Shown here: one piece after another, positions 41,310 through 59,781 of the stretch
Position numbering within the stretch: the stretch's first letter is position 1
Layout of the letters: each line of letters starts with the position of its first letter
Assembly: GCA_964016885.1 (NCBI GenBank)
Contig: OZ024741.1
Coordinates: 230,330,001-230,394,000 of the forward strand
DNA length: 64,000 bases
Direction: 5' to 3'
Source: Eledone cirrhosa
Lineage: Eukaryota
The notes under the pieces: model-generated
Seen by the model: only the letters and a program-made list of their open reading frames with translations
What the model was told of the DNA's origin: nothing
Databases searched by the model: none
Translations under genes and position numbers: made by a program

Positions 41310-42194
41310 GTATATGTATATGTGTGTGTGTGTGTGTGTGTATGTGTGGATGTATATATATATATATATATATATTTTTTCTTGATATATTTCTTTTTTC
41401 TTTTTCTTTTCTTTTTATTTCTAAGTTTATAGATACATTTATAAATAGGCAGTCTGCCGAAACCGTTGAATACTGACCTCTCCCCCCCCTCCCACCTAAT
41501 TTCTGTATCCTGATCTAAATATGTGTGGCAGTGTTTATGTGCGTGCATTTATGTCCATATGCTTATGGTAATACTATATGCACATATATATGTGTGTGGT
41601 GGTGTCTGTGTGTATGTATGTTCGTAGTTATGTGTTTGTTTATGCATATACGCGCGTGTGTGTGTGAGTGTACGAATATGTGTGAGTATATGAATGTGTG
41701 TATACATTTATTTCATATTTATGTGTCTATACGCATTTTATCTGTAGATTTTAAACTTACAGAGACATTAGCCTTGAATTTTTGTATTTACAAACATCTT
41801 TTTGGCATGCGTATGCATGTGAACATATATCTTTATGTAAATATGTGTACGAAGTTAATTACATGTATATACACACACCTAACTGCATAACATTTTTTGT
41901 ATTTTCATTGGTCAATTTGAACTCTGTTCCAAACGGACCTGAAATTTTGAATTGTTGTTATTATCAATAAATATATTTCATTATTTCTGAAGACGGCATA
42001 TATATGTGTTTGGTATGTATATTTAATTTTGATAGTTTGTATAATTTTGTATAATTTTGTACATAGATCTGTTGAATATGCATGCCAATTCTAACACATA
42101 TATATCCTAGAAACGATCGTTAAATAATGAACTTTTTTTGTTTAATATAAGGAACTGTTTCATTGTTTTATTCATTATTTTTTTAATATTTTAT
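38602..42194 (+). repeat. Right arm of the inverted repeat (PLE 3' UTR/pLTR, ~3.6 kb)
   Basis: Reverse complement of the left arm except ~430 bp of microsatellite missing and a few substitutions. Confidence 0.93.
41977..42131 (+). ncRNA. Minimal type I hammerhead ribozyme with extended stem II
   Basis: Stem I UUCAUUAUUU/AAAUAAUGAA; CUGAAGA; long stem II (AUAUAUAUGUGUU/AACACAUAUAUAU); GAAA; palindromic CGAUCG; GUU cleavage triplet. Confidence 0.8.
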
Positions 42195-42325
42195 CTTGAC
42201 TCTGTATTCCGTTTATCTTTCACCGAAAGTGATTTTTCATTGCATCTCTTCTTTCCATGATATCCGGATTACATTGAGTTCTTCATACGGATTGGACACT
42301 ACCGTAAACTCTTGGTAGATTTATC

Positions 42326-43354
<1,029 letters not shown>

Positions 43355-45739
43355 AGTATTAAGGGTACTATTTATGGTTATGTATGCAATAAAACCTTTG
43401 ATGGTAATATATTATATATACACAAACCCTAAATAGTGAGAGATAGTCATTAATTACTATCCTATTACCAGTAAGTTAAATAGCTCAACGTAATAACATC
43501 AGTTGTTATACAGAGCAGTTATATAGAGATTACAGTAATCAAAGTTCAGTTTAAGTCATTTATTTGCTTACAATTGTTTCCTCCAAACCGAGGTTTGGAT
43601 TCTTCGGAGCAGCTATTTATAACATACTTGACCTCCTTTTCAACCCAAGAGACACATAAAACATATGCGCATATTGATCAACAGTGGGGTGACATTCATC
43701 AAATGAAATAGCATGGCAATTTACATATAAAGTGTTACATGATAAAAATAAAATAAAATAAAATAAAATAAAAGCAAGAGTGAAAATAAAGATAAACATG
43801 AAGCGTTGGCAGTCTATGAAGATAAAGCAAGAGGAAAGCTTAGAGTAGTCAGTGCATGAAGCAATCTCGCGTATAGCATGCACGCTTGTCTTATCTATAC
43901 ATGATTAGAGTGCGTCAGAATGATATATGCAGGGTCAGGCAGTTGAAGCAGGCAATCGATCTTATAATATAGGCTGAATTATTAAGTGATTTATTCTCAT
44001 ACATCTGTATGATATACAGTCTCGGATGCGGGGAAACACCAACATATCAAAAACCTTCAACATACTATAAACCTTATTGTATCGTAGGCAAGGTTGTACC
44101 ACTGTCCTTACTCACACCACCACTCACATAATCCATGAGACGCAATATATATATAGAGAACACGCGTCTATCGTATAATTCGCAGTGGTTCAGCATATAG
44201 TCAAGCTATAAACGGTATCCAGTCGGTTCTTAATTAATATATCATGCTGTCCAAATTCCGGAAGTGCCTGAATGATTAAGGGGAATTAATGCGTAAGGGG
44301 AGGTAACTAGCTAGTTATTTTAGTTTCATTACTATGCTAAACTACATTAATGGTGATTCAAATACGTGCCTATCATGTGAAGTTATAACTAATATCTAGA
44401 GTATGGTACCCATTTATAAGTTAGAGAGTTGTTCATTAAGAAGTACAAGGGTGTATATACTAGGATGCTTGCCAACCAATAATTAAGGGGTGTCATATCT
44501 GAACGTTCTATAAGAGGAGTCGGACTCTCAAGTCACTGCTCCATGCAAATGTAATACAACAGTAGGACCTGGTATGGTCCCACTATTATATATGCCACCT
44601 GGTAGGCTCCGGGTCATTGCTTGCCTGCATCTCCAGTAAATCTTCAGTATGGTCCGGAGATCCGATCTCTCATATAAACGCACTAGTCTGGCCATCAGGT
44701 AATAGACAACCCCCGTCTCAAATATAAATCAATTATGTATCACATCTCCAAGCTAGAGTGGAGTCTATTAATAGGTATTAAAGGAGTCCACATCAAGATG
44801 ATTACGTGCATAATTCAATGAACTGATCGCTTACAGTATATACTCACTTAACAATACGATTATCTATCTAATCATCAATCTATCTCTTGGTGGTAATCCA
44901 TGCACAGGACTATGCTATCACAACCAGTACCGTGTCCCCAATTTATACTAATCTTATATTTGTGCAATGCAGAATAAGTAGTCCAAGGTCGGGATATCAG
45001 TATTAGAGGTACAAGTGGGTATTCCCAGGGTAGGTGGCACTCAAATGCTGTCAGTATTATCTTTAGAGTATAGAGATGGGTGTGGATGTGAGGTGTAAGG
45101 TGTGCTATTGATGTTAATTGCTAGGGGTGGTGCCGGTTCCAGTCTGACATTATTATATATAGGGTTTAAAGTTTTGGAACGAGTGTCGGAAGCGGTGTTG
45201 GCAATTTGCGAACACTTCTGATTTTTAATTAAGGAGATTATGTTTAGAGAAGATGATAGTATGGTCTCTAGTAGACAGAGGTTACAAAATTTATCAGGTG
45301 GTTTGTACGATGTTGCACTACCTACCACTTCCCATTTAAGTGTATATATTTTATTTTTAGTTTTTAGATAGTGTATGTAGCTAGATAGTGAAGTGGAGTT
45401 GGCTAGACTGTGTTATTTGAAAGAGTGGAGGTGCGAATTGTATCTAGTTTTGAAGCAGTTAGAAGTGGAGCCTATGTAGGTTTCAGAAGAGCTGGGGTTT
45501 AGTGACTCGGCGCAGGTTACTGATTTGGTTGGCCTATACTTACTTAACCTAATCCACAGGGAACTTCCGTACCTCAGCGGTGGTTTGTATCGCGATGATG
45601 TACTTCTACTTATAGACTATAAAAAATTCAATATAGAAAGGACTAGAAAACTATTGCACAAAACATTCAAAAACTTTAACCTTAGTATTACCATGGACAA
45701 AAACACCAAAAACGTCAACTTCCTAGACGCCACACTCTA
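43355..45739. mobile_element. Second PLE: inverted 3' copy (GIY-YIG end plus 3' UTR, minus strand) fused to a plus-strand RT fragment
   Basis: Minus ~45150-45494 reads ETYIGSTSNCFKTRY..WEVV..CNLCLLE..CQH; plus 45495-45739 reads GFSDSAQVTDLVG..GGLYRDD..NFLD. Confidence 0.8.
43565..43611 (-). ncRNA. Minimal hammerhead-like motif (U4C variant)
   Basis: UGCU-CCGAAGA-AUCCAAAC CUCG GUUUGGAG-GAAA-CAAUUG-UA-AGCA. Confidence 0.65.
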
Positions 45740-46989
45740 CGAAGGCCTTTGACAAGGTCGATCACGGAATGATATGTCACAAACTACACGGACTCGGCAT
45801 AACTGGAAAAGTAGGTGAGTGGCTGCATGGCTTCCTAAGGGACAGAAGCCAGGCAGTCGCAGCAAATGGGGCCCTCTCGAGGGAAACACCGATAACAAGT
45901 GGGGTGCCTCAGGGGACAGTCCTGGGACCACTACTGTTTTTGGTGGCTCTCTCGGACATGCCCTCTGTGGTGCATGCAACAACATCCCTCACTAGCTATG
46001 CTGATGACACTAAGGTAGCACAGGCAATCAAAAACCCGGCTGACGCTGCCCTCTTACAGCAGGATCTGGATGCCATATACAGATGGGCGGAAGAAAACAA
46101 CATGCAGTTTAATGCTGGCAAATTCCAAGCCCTACAATACAAACCTGCAAACACAAACACAAATATAGCGGAACACATCTACACAGGACCAGGAGGGACC
46201 GATATCCCCGTGTCAAAATCGATACGAGACCTGGGCATAGACATGAGCGATGATGCATCTTTTTCTTCACACATCATGAAGGTGGCGACAGCATGTAGAC
46301 GATTCGCTAGCTGGATCTTGAGGACTTTCCTTACAAGAGATCGAGACACCATGTTGACACTGTGGAGGACTTTTGTCCTAAGCCGCCTGGACTACTGCTC
46401 CCAGCTGTGGTCACCCCATAGTGTCAAACTAACCACGGAGCTTGAGGCAATCCAGCGAAGCTACACCAAGAGGATTGCCAAGATGAGGGAGACAATCTAC
46501 TGGTAGAGGCTGAAGGAACTGAACCTCTACTCCTTGGAGCGAAGACGGGAGAGATACGCAGTGATCTACATGTGGAAAATCCTGGAGGGACTAGCACCAA
46601 ACTTTGGCATTGGGAGCTGGACCAACCGTCGAACAGGACGTCACTGTGTGGTGCCAAAGGTCCCGTCTTCCACATCTAGAATAAGGAGCAGGTATTGCAA
46701 TAGCCTGGGATTCAAGGGCCCTCAACTCTTCAACAGGCTGCCGAGGCATCTGCGAGACTTGCATGACGTGGAGGTGGATGTCTTTAAGAAACATCTCGAC
46801 ACCTTGTTATCCAGGATCCCGGATGAGCCCACAGAAAGACACGAGGGAAACCTAAGGGCAGCAGCAACAAACTCCCTCCTACACCAGTGGCCAACCTATA
46901 CAGGCTGGAGATAAAATGTGTAGCAACAAGGGCGGTGCCCCAGCATGGCCTCAGCCGGATGGCTGAAACAGGTAAAAGAGTAAAAGAGT
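45740..46989 (+). mobile_element. 5'-truncated copy of the CR1-group LINE at 25583-29647
   Basis: Near-identical RT C-terminal half and 3' UTR, premature TAG at 46504, TA tract at the 3' end. Confidence 0.92.
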
Positions 46990-46995
46990 ATATAT

Positions 46996-47195
46996 NNNNN
47001 NNNNNNNNNNNNNNNNNNNNNNNNNNNNNNNNNNNNNNNNNNNNNNNNNNNNNNNNNNNNNNNNNNNNNNNNNNNNNNNNNNNNNNNNNNNNNNNNNNNN
47101 NNNNNNNNNNNNNNNNNNNNNNNNNNNNNNNNNNNNNNNNNNNNNNNNNNNNNNNNNNNNNNNNNNNNNNNNNNNNNNNNNNNNNNNNNNNNNNN
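46996..47195. other. Assembly gap (200 N)
   Basis: Run of N. Confidence 0.99.
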
Positions 47196-53456
<6,261 letters not shown>

Positions 53457-53501
53457 AAAAATGCGAAGTAGTTTCAGATGTTAAAGTCCTTTATTGATAA
53501 G

Positions 53502-53573
53502 GCTGTGATACATATTTCAACGGCAGTAGCCACGCGATTCCACCTAACCAGTGCCATTATCTCATCAGACAGC
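53502..53573 (-). ncRNA. Minimal hammerhead ribozyme
   Basis: GCUGU-CUGAUGA-(AAUGGCA...UGCCGUU stem II)-GAAA-UAUGUA-UC-ACAGC. Confidence 0.7.
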
Positions 53574-53699
53574 TTCTTACATAATAATTTTATGTTCCAC
53601 ACAGAGGAACGGGCGAAGGCTTCAAGAACATCATCTCTGTCCGTTCCCTTGTCGCTTTAATCTGGATTGCCTCAAGAACGTAACCTTATTATGTAAGAA

Positions 53700-53774
53700 G
53701 CTGTCTGATGAGATCATGGCACTAGTTAGGCAGAATCGTGTGGCCACTGCTGTCATTGAAGCCTGTATCACAGC
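53700..53774 (+). ncRNA. Degenerate hammerhead (GAAG in place of GAAA)
   Basis: GCUGU-CUGAUGA-...-GAAG-CCUGUA-UC-ACAGC. Confidence 0.45.
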
Positions 53775-54492
53775 CTTACCAATAAAGGATTTTAACACCT
53801 GAAACTATTTCGTATTTTCTTCGAATTATACTCCGTCATTCCTATGTGGATAAATTATGTAGAGTGCTTGTATTGAATTGCATCAATGTTTTACCGTAAG
53901 TATACATATATATATATATGTACTTAAGAAAATTAACAAAGAAAGGACAAGACAACGAACGAAAATAAAATAAAACGAAAAACAATTTTTTTTATGAGGA
54001 AAACTTAAAAAGAATTATTTTAAAAAAAAATACAAAACTCCATGGTCATCGGCTGTTGAGATGGACTTAAGCAGTTTCGACCTCTACCAACTGTACTGCT
54101 GGTCCAACCAGGGTCACGGCATCTGACATAAGCCAAATGCTGTCCAAAGGAGTAAGAGACGAAGGACAATCATTAAATTATAGTCGTTAAACTACAAAAA
54201 ATACAATTTTGTTTGACGTTAAGGAAATTTTCTGGTGCCTCATAGATCACATGAAATATAAGTGATAGAAAAAATAAAATGAAAAATAAAGACAGAAAAA
54301 AATCAAGAAGAAAGTAAGATATTGTGTTAACAAATGTAAGCCATAACAATAAATGGGCGAGAAGAGATAAATACGTGCATCACATCATTAAATAAACTTA
54401 AGAAAATAGAAATCGACCCCTATTAGCTGTACTGCTGGTCCAACTGGGTTCACAGCATCTGACATAAGCCAAACTGTCCAAAGGAGTAAGAG

Positions 54493-54606
54493 TCTGAGTT
54501 CAAATCCCGCCGAGTTTAACTTTGCCTTTCATCCTTATGGGGTCGATAAAATAAAGTACCAGTAATGTACTGGTTAATTTCTGGCCTTGTGTCTAAAGTA
54601 GAAATA
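54493..54606 (+). mobile_element. tRNA-derived SINE, 5'-truncated
   Basis: B box to 3' end, same family as above. Confidence 0.82.
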
Positions 54607-54789
54607 ATTAAATTAATGTATAGGAAGAAAATATTTGACCGTGGGATCCTACGGTTTATGTCGTGATTTCCCTCACACGAGCGCTCGCCCAAATATTTTC
54701 TTTCTAAATATACCAACTCTGCATCTAATTATTCATTGAGTATTACACTGATTAGCGATTATTCCATAGACAATCCATATATATATATA

Positions 54790-55146
54790 AGTCAATTGCA
54801 CGAAACATAAGTCAATTGTATGAACTCATAATCCTTTATTTACTGCTATATATATTTCGATGATAGCCATTGAATGGCTATGACCTCATCAGGCAGTTAG
54901 TCAGTTCTGAGATATGCCAGCTCTGTGTTTATACTGTTGATGGTATCAGAGCCTTGGGGGCATATGAGCTTGTTAGGAATAATTTAATGTTGTCAGCAGG
55001 AATAGTCTTAATTCTCATTGGTCAGTTTGTAGATGGTAGTAGGGTTGGTATTTGACCTCAAAGTCGCAGGTGGTTTTGTAAAGTTCAAACCGTCAGGCAA
55101 GATGACAATAGTTCCGTATTACTGATTTTCACAAAAAGCATTCCTG
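54790..55146 (-). mobile_element. PLE pLTR remnant (endonuclease C-terminus plus hammerhead)
   Basis: Minus strand reads CENQ*YGTIVILPDGLNF (P-x-G-L-N end motif of PLE GIY-YIG domains) upstream of an HHR; boundaries approximate. Confidence 0.55.
54842..54897 (-). ncRNA. Minimal hammerhead ribozyme
   Basis: ACUGC-CUGAUGA-GGUCAUAGCCAU UCA AUGGCUAUCAUC-GAAA-UAUAUA-UA-GCAGU. Confidence 0.78.
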
Positions 55147-55417
55147 GTCATATATATATTCAATTAAGCTAATAGTATGAAATAGATACTACAGGTCATT
55201 CTTAAATTGAGGCATGTATTTGGAGTGAGGCTACTGAAATTTATGGTTGGAGTAGAACATTTACAAATAAAAAGACTTATGTAGGTTGGCTTGCACTACA
55301 CTCACACCCACCTTCACACACACACACACACATACACACATACAAAATGTGGGGTGGTAATACTTAATATAATGATTAGAGTCCAATACTTAGATAGTTT
55401 AGAAAATTTAGAAATAA

Positions 55418-55469
<52 letters not shown>

Positions 55470-55623
55470 ATGTTATTACATTGAGCTATTTATCTTACTA
55501 GTAATAAGATAATAATAAATTACTGACCTTCACTGTTTAGGGTTTAAAATATATATAACTATAAAAAGTTTTAGTATATACATAACCATATATAGTATCC
55601 TTAATAATTAATTATATATATAT

Positions 55624-56862
55624 ATATTGAGTTGTAACAAAAGTTCATATTGTTCTTTAAATGAAATTCATTACGAATATTTAATTTAGCTGTACATATC
55701 TTCATTCAACCACATATTTCCCATTTTATTACACTACTGTTTGCCATCGTTGAAGCATCTACATGATCTTATCCACCCAGAACTTGATATCTGTCTGGGT
55801 CCAGGTGGTTTTTGTAGTCATCTAAAGAATCAAAGTTCTTCCCATTAAGGAATTGTTATACGGAACGGAATAGATGATTATCCGAAGGTACAGGGTCAGG
55901 TGAATATGGTGGGTATGGCGGCACATCCCAACAAAGTTGTACTATTTCTGCTGGGCCTGCAATGAAATGTGTAGTCTAGCGATGTCCTAAAGTATGATCA
56001 CACCATTCTGGGTTGTGAATTCTGGAGGCTTTTCATTGATTATCTTTTCTTAATCGGTTTAATTGAGAACAACGATAGTTTGAATTTAACTCAGATTTCG
56101 TGGAAAGACTCTTTAAAATATAATATTTTTCCAATTCCATCAGATACAGAGCATTTGGATACTGACCTGCTCTTATAATGGTTGAAGGTAGTTCATTTCG
56201 TTTTCTCCACGTTCGTTTATGCCCTACATTATTGTAAACAATCTATTTTCCATCACCCATGATCATTCTCTTCAAAATGGATTGATGTTGCTTAATTTGA
56301 GAAGAGTAACGCAGATGGAAAGGCACTCTACTAAATACGTTCCCCGTTAAATTATGAAGCACATAAACATAGCGATTCATGTATCCAAGTGTTTTCAAAT
56401 ACCGTGTAACGCTTATAAATATGTGAAGTATCTCTGTGATGCCTCGCTGGATGATTTGTTTAATCAAAGTCTCGATCAGGTCATTATCAATGACTATAGG
56501 ACTGCATAAATGGGCACGGTCTTCGCCTACAAAATTGTTGGCTCTAAAACTAATGATCCACTTGCGAACAGTACTATTAGCTATGGCACCATCTCCATAA
56601 ACATCACATATCTTTTTCACTGTTTTACAGCAATTGTTCCTTTCCGGAGATAAAAGAGAATTAAATGATGAAAATGCATCTCATTTCCCTGTGTACACAA
56701 TTTTATCTTAAAAACAGAAGTAAATAATCCGCACAATATTGGGACCTCCTGTTTCGCGAAATATGTATGTCGTATGCTTCTGTGATATGATCATCTAAAT
56801 CACATGATTAAACATAACCAATAGTAAAACGCTACGAACGAACCTTTGTAAATCCCAATATA
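55624..56862 (-). mobile_element. Mariner DNA transposon fossil
   Basis: ICDVYGDGAI..TVRKW..F (HTH), IMGDGK, PPYSPD.VPSD.HLFRS; degenerate TIRs (tattgagttgtaacaaaagttc / gaacctttgtaaatcccaata) inside TA tracts. Confidence 0.8.
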
Positions 56863-56914
56863 TAATATATATATATATATATATATTCATTAGTTAAGCA
56901 AAACAATCTGGAAT

Positions 56915-57830
56915 AGCATTTCGAAGACCTTATGCTATTGTTTTAGAGTAGTGACAGTCTCACTTACTTTAAATGTTCAGCAAACAGGGGAGATAAAGCT
57001 GACAGAGCTATGTTTCGTACTGATTGGTACTTATCAAAACCAAGTACTAACCTGTCTGCTGAAAATCATGAATGTTTGATTCATATAGAATTTCTAGTAA
57101 TAATCAGGAACTGATTATACAGAGCGGTTGCCGGTCAAGCAGAAATTGAAAATTAGATATATGAATGTATATTATAGTGATTGGTACTTATCAAAGCCAA
57201 GTACTCCACCTGTTTTCAATTTCTGCTTGACCGGCAACCGCTCTGTATAATCAGTTCCTGATTATTACTAGAAATTCTATAAGAATCAAACATTCATGAT
57301 TTTCAACAGACAGGTGGAGTACTTGGCTTTGATAAGTACCAATCAGTACGAAACATAGCTCTGTCAGCTTTATCTCCCCTGTTTGCTGAAAATTTAAAGT
57401 AAGTGAGACTGTCACTACTCTAAAACAATAGTGTAAGGTCTTCGAAATGCTTTTAATTACACTAGATATACATTCATATATATATAGCTATTTCAGAGCG
57501 CCAATTCTAATTTTCAATTTCTGCTTGACCGGCAACCGCTCTGTATAATCAGGTCCTGATTATTACTAGAAATTCTATAAAAATCAAACATTCATGATTT
57601 TCAGCAAACAGGTGGAGTACTTGGCTTTGATAATTACCAATCAGTACGAAACATAGCTCAGTCAGCTTTATCTCTCCTGTTTGCTGAAAATTTAAAGTAA
57701 GTGAGACTGTCACTACTCTAAAACAATAGCGTAAGGTCTTCGAAATGCTTTTAATTAAGCATACAGTGTATTGCAAAATACACTGTATACACATCCATAT
57801 ATATATATAGCTATTTCAGAGCGCCAATTC
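56915..57830. repeat. ~290-bp unit present as one inverted plus two tandem copies
   Basis: 56915-57156 is the reverse complement of the units starting near 57213 and 57511. Confidence 0.88.
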
Positions 57831-57861
57831 GCGCGCGCGTGCGTGCGTGCGTGCGTGCGTG

Positions 57862-58085
57862 CGTGACGAAAATTATATAGGCAAACAGAACTCACCCTCA
57901 GAATAACAATTCGCCCACAATTGCGAGATCCCACCACAAGACAGATATCATTTAGTAGACATTTAGGTTTATGTACAAACTATAAGACACTCAAATTCCT
58001 AGTCTTATCTTTGCCCAGGTAATACCACAGATGAAACACGAATAAATAAAATATTTTTATTCGAAAATATAGACGACACCTATAG
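57862..58085 (+). pseudogene. Decayed PLE GIY-YIG endonuclease fragment
   Basis: With frameshifts: DENYIGKT.LTLR..IRPQLRDPTTRQISFSRHLGLC..F..YFIRKYR. Confidence 0.5.
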
Positions 58086-58731
58086 ATACTTTAATATCTT
58101 AATATGCTAGACATTCACAAACATACACACACATAACATCCTTCTCCATTTTACCAATTGAATCAATTGCATTGCTGTTATTATTATCTAGGCGATAAAC
58201 CGCCATTGTTACACAGACGTGCATACACGCAAATACATATGCATTTGTTTTCCAACTACTCCCACACAAACACACATTCTTATAATCCTGCCATCACTAT
58301 CGCCTGCACTATCTTCTTCATCATGGGACACAGACATATAAACTATACAACAGGAATTCTGACACTTCTTAAAATCTGACATTCCTCAGCACACCACATC
58401 AGCCATATTCACTGAACGAGAACACTCCAATTCTTCTCTCCTCTATCACTTTCTGATCAGGTACATTACTGTACCTAATCACATACCTGTTATCAACCAA
58501 CCAAATTACATTTTAAACAAATAGCAATGTGAGCTACATTTTTGTGTGAAACAGAAAGAATTTTCAAACTGCAACTAGATGCCAAACAAACGACAGAAAC
58601 AAAAAGCCTCCATCTCAATTTTACTTTTGAAAATCATAAGAAGTAAATAACTCAAGTTGCATTTTCAATTTCAAATATAAGATAAATAATTTCTACAAAT
58701 ATCTATAGAAACTACATGGCATATAATATAC

Positions 58732-58866
58732 CTTCTTGACAATTGTACCCACGATAACCTTCAGCACAACCATCTGAACATGTTTCATTTTCTCTGTCAC
58801 AGTTTATGTTGTTGATACAATGACATGTTCCATTACAATCTAAACCAAACGTTCCTTCTTCACATG
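58732..58866 (-). CDS. 135-nt phase 1-1 exon encoding an 8-Cys laminin-type EGF-like module (MEGF10/SCARF-like host gene)
   Basis: ag|CA TGT...GAA G|gt; ACEEGTFGLDCNGTCHCINNINCDRENETCSDGCAEGYRGYNCQE. Confidence 0.85.
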
Positions 58867-59146
58867 CTGTATATACCAATATAGACGAAATAATTAAGAT
58901 ATCATTTTACATCCTATTATAGGGATATAAATGAGAAATCAATGGTACAATTTATTCCATATCAATAAATATCTAATAAGCCTGTATTTAGATTAGAGTG
59001 GCCTTATGACAAAGAAATGAAATTGAATTCGTGCAATGAATGAAATTTAGATACACCAACGTACATAAAGTAAAATTAATATTGGAAAAAAATGTATTGA
59101 AAATAACCTTTTGCACGGCCGAATCTGTAGTAGCTTGTATAAAAGC

Positions 59147-59781
59147 CTCCTCACCAGCATCCTCTACACATGTGAGACATGGACCCTGTACAGAAGGCAC
59201 CTGAAGTAGCTGGAACGGTTTCATATATGCAGCATGCGGTCAATCATGAACATCAAATGGCAGGACAAGGTTTCCAACCTCGAAGTTCTTGACATGGCTG
59301 AGACAACCAGTGTCGAAGCTATGATACTGAAAAGCCGACTTCGATGGTTGGTACATGTCATCCGGATGGACGATCACAGGCTTCCGAAGCAACTGATGTA
59401 AGGGGAACTCTGTTTGAAGAAAGCAAGACAGGCCTCTCAAGAGGTTCAAAGACTGTGTGCAGTCCAGCATCAACAGCACTGGAATCGCCCGAAAACAACT
59501 CGAGTCCCATGCTCAGGACAGGACTGTGTGACGAGCCCTTACCAGACGCGCCAAAGACTCTTTTAAAGAGAAGAGGCGGGCAGAGGTCACTAGGCCCGTG
59601 ATAGGTGGAGAAAGGTATCAGCAGCTGCCCCAATCGACTACGGACTCTTCCCCTGCCTCCACTGTCTCCGTACCTGCAAGTCAAGGATCGGCCTCCACAG
59701 CCACCTTCGCGCCCACGGCAGACGAGAACAACAATGAAGAAGTTATCATCATCGTTTACGATGGACAACCAAGAAGAAAGA
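59147..59781 (+). mobile_element. 5'-truncated RTE (BovB-like) LINE
   Basis: LYTCETWTLYRRHLK*LERFH..IKWQDKVSN.EVL..LRWLVHVIRMDDHRLPKQL; short 3' end atcatcgtttacgatggacaaccaagaaga. Confidence 0.85.

Larger units (their letters stand above)
32174..42194 (+). mobile_element. Penelope-like retroelement (Naiad-like) with a giant inverted pseudo-LTR
   Basis: Central RT plus GIY-YIG ORF; flanks 32174-36199 and 38602-42194 are reverse complements. Confidence 0.88.

Noticed and set aside
32174-42194. DNA transposon (Polinton or foldback type) with long TIRs
   Set aside because: No transposase, integrase or polB; the arm begins inside the PLE ORF end, which fits an inverted pLTR
56915-57830. CRISPR-like or regularly spaced repeat array
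   Set aside because: Only three long units, no unique spacers, eukaryotic context
58445-58490. ctgatca-ggtac..gtacc hairpin as a hammerhead
   Set aside because: Core mismatch and no GAAA after the stem
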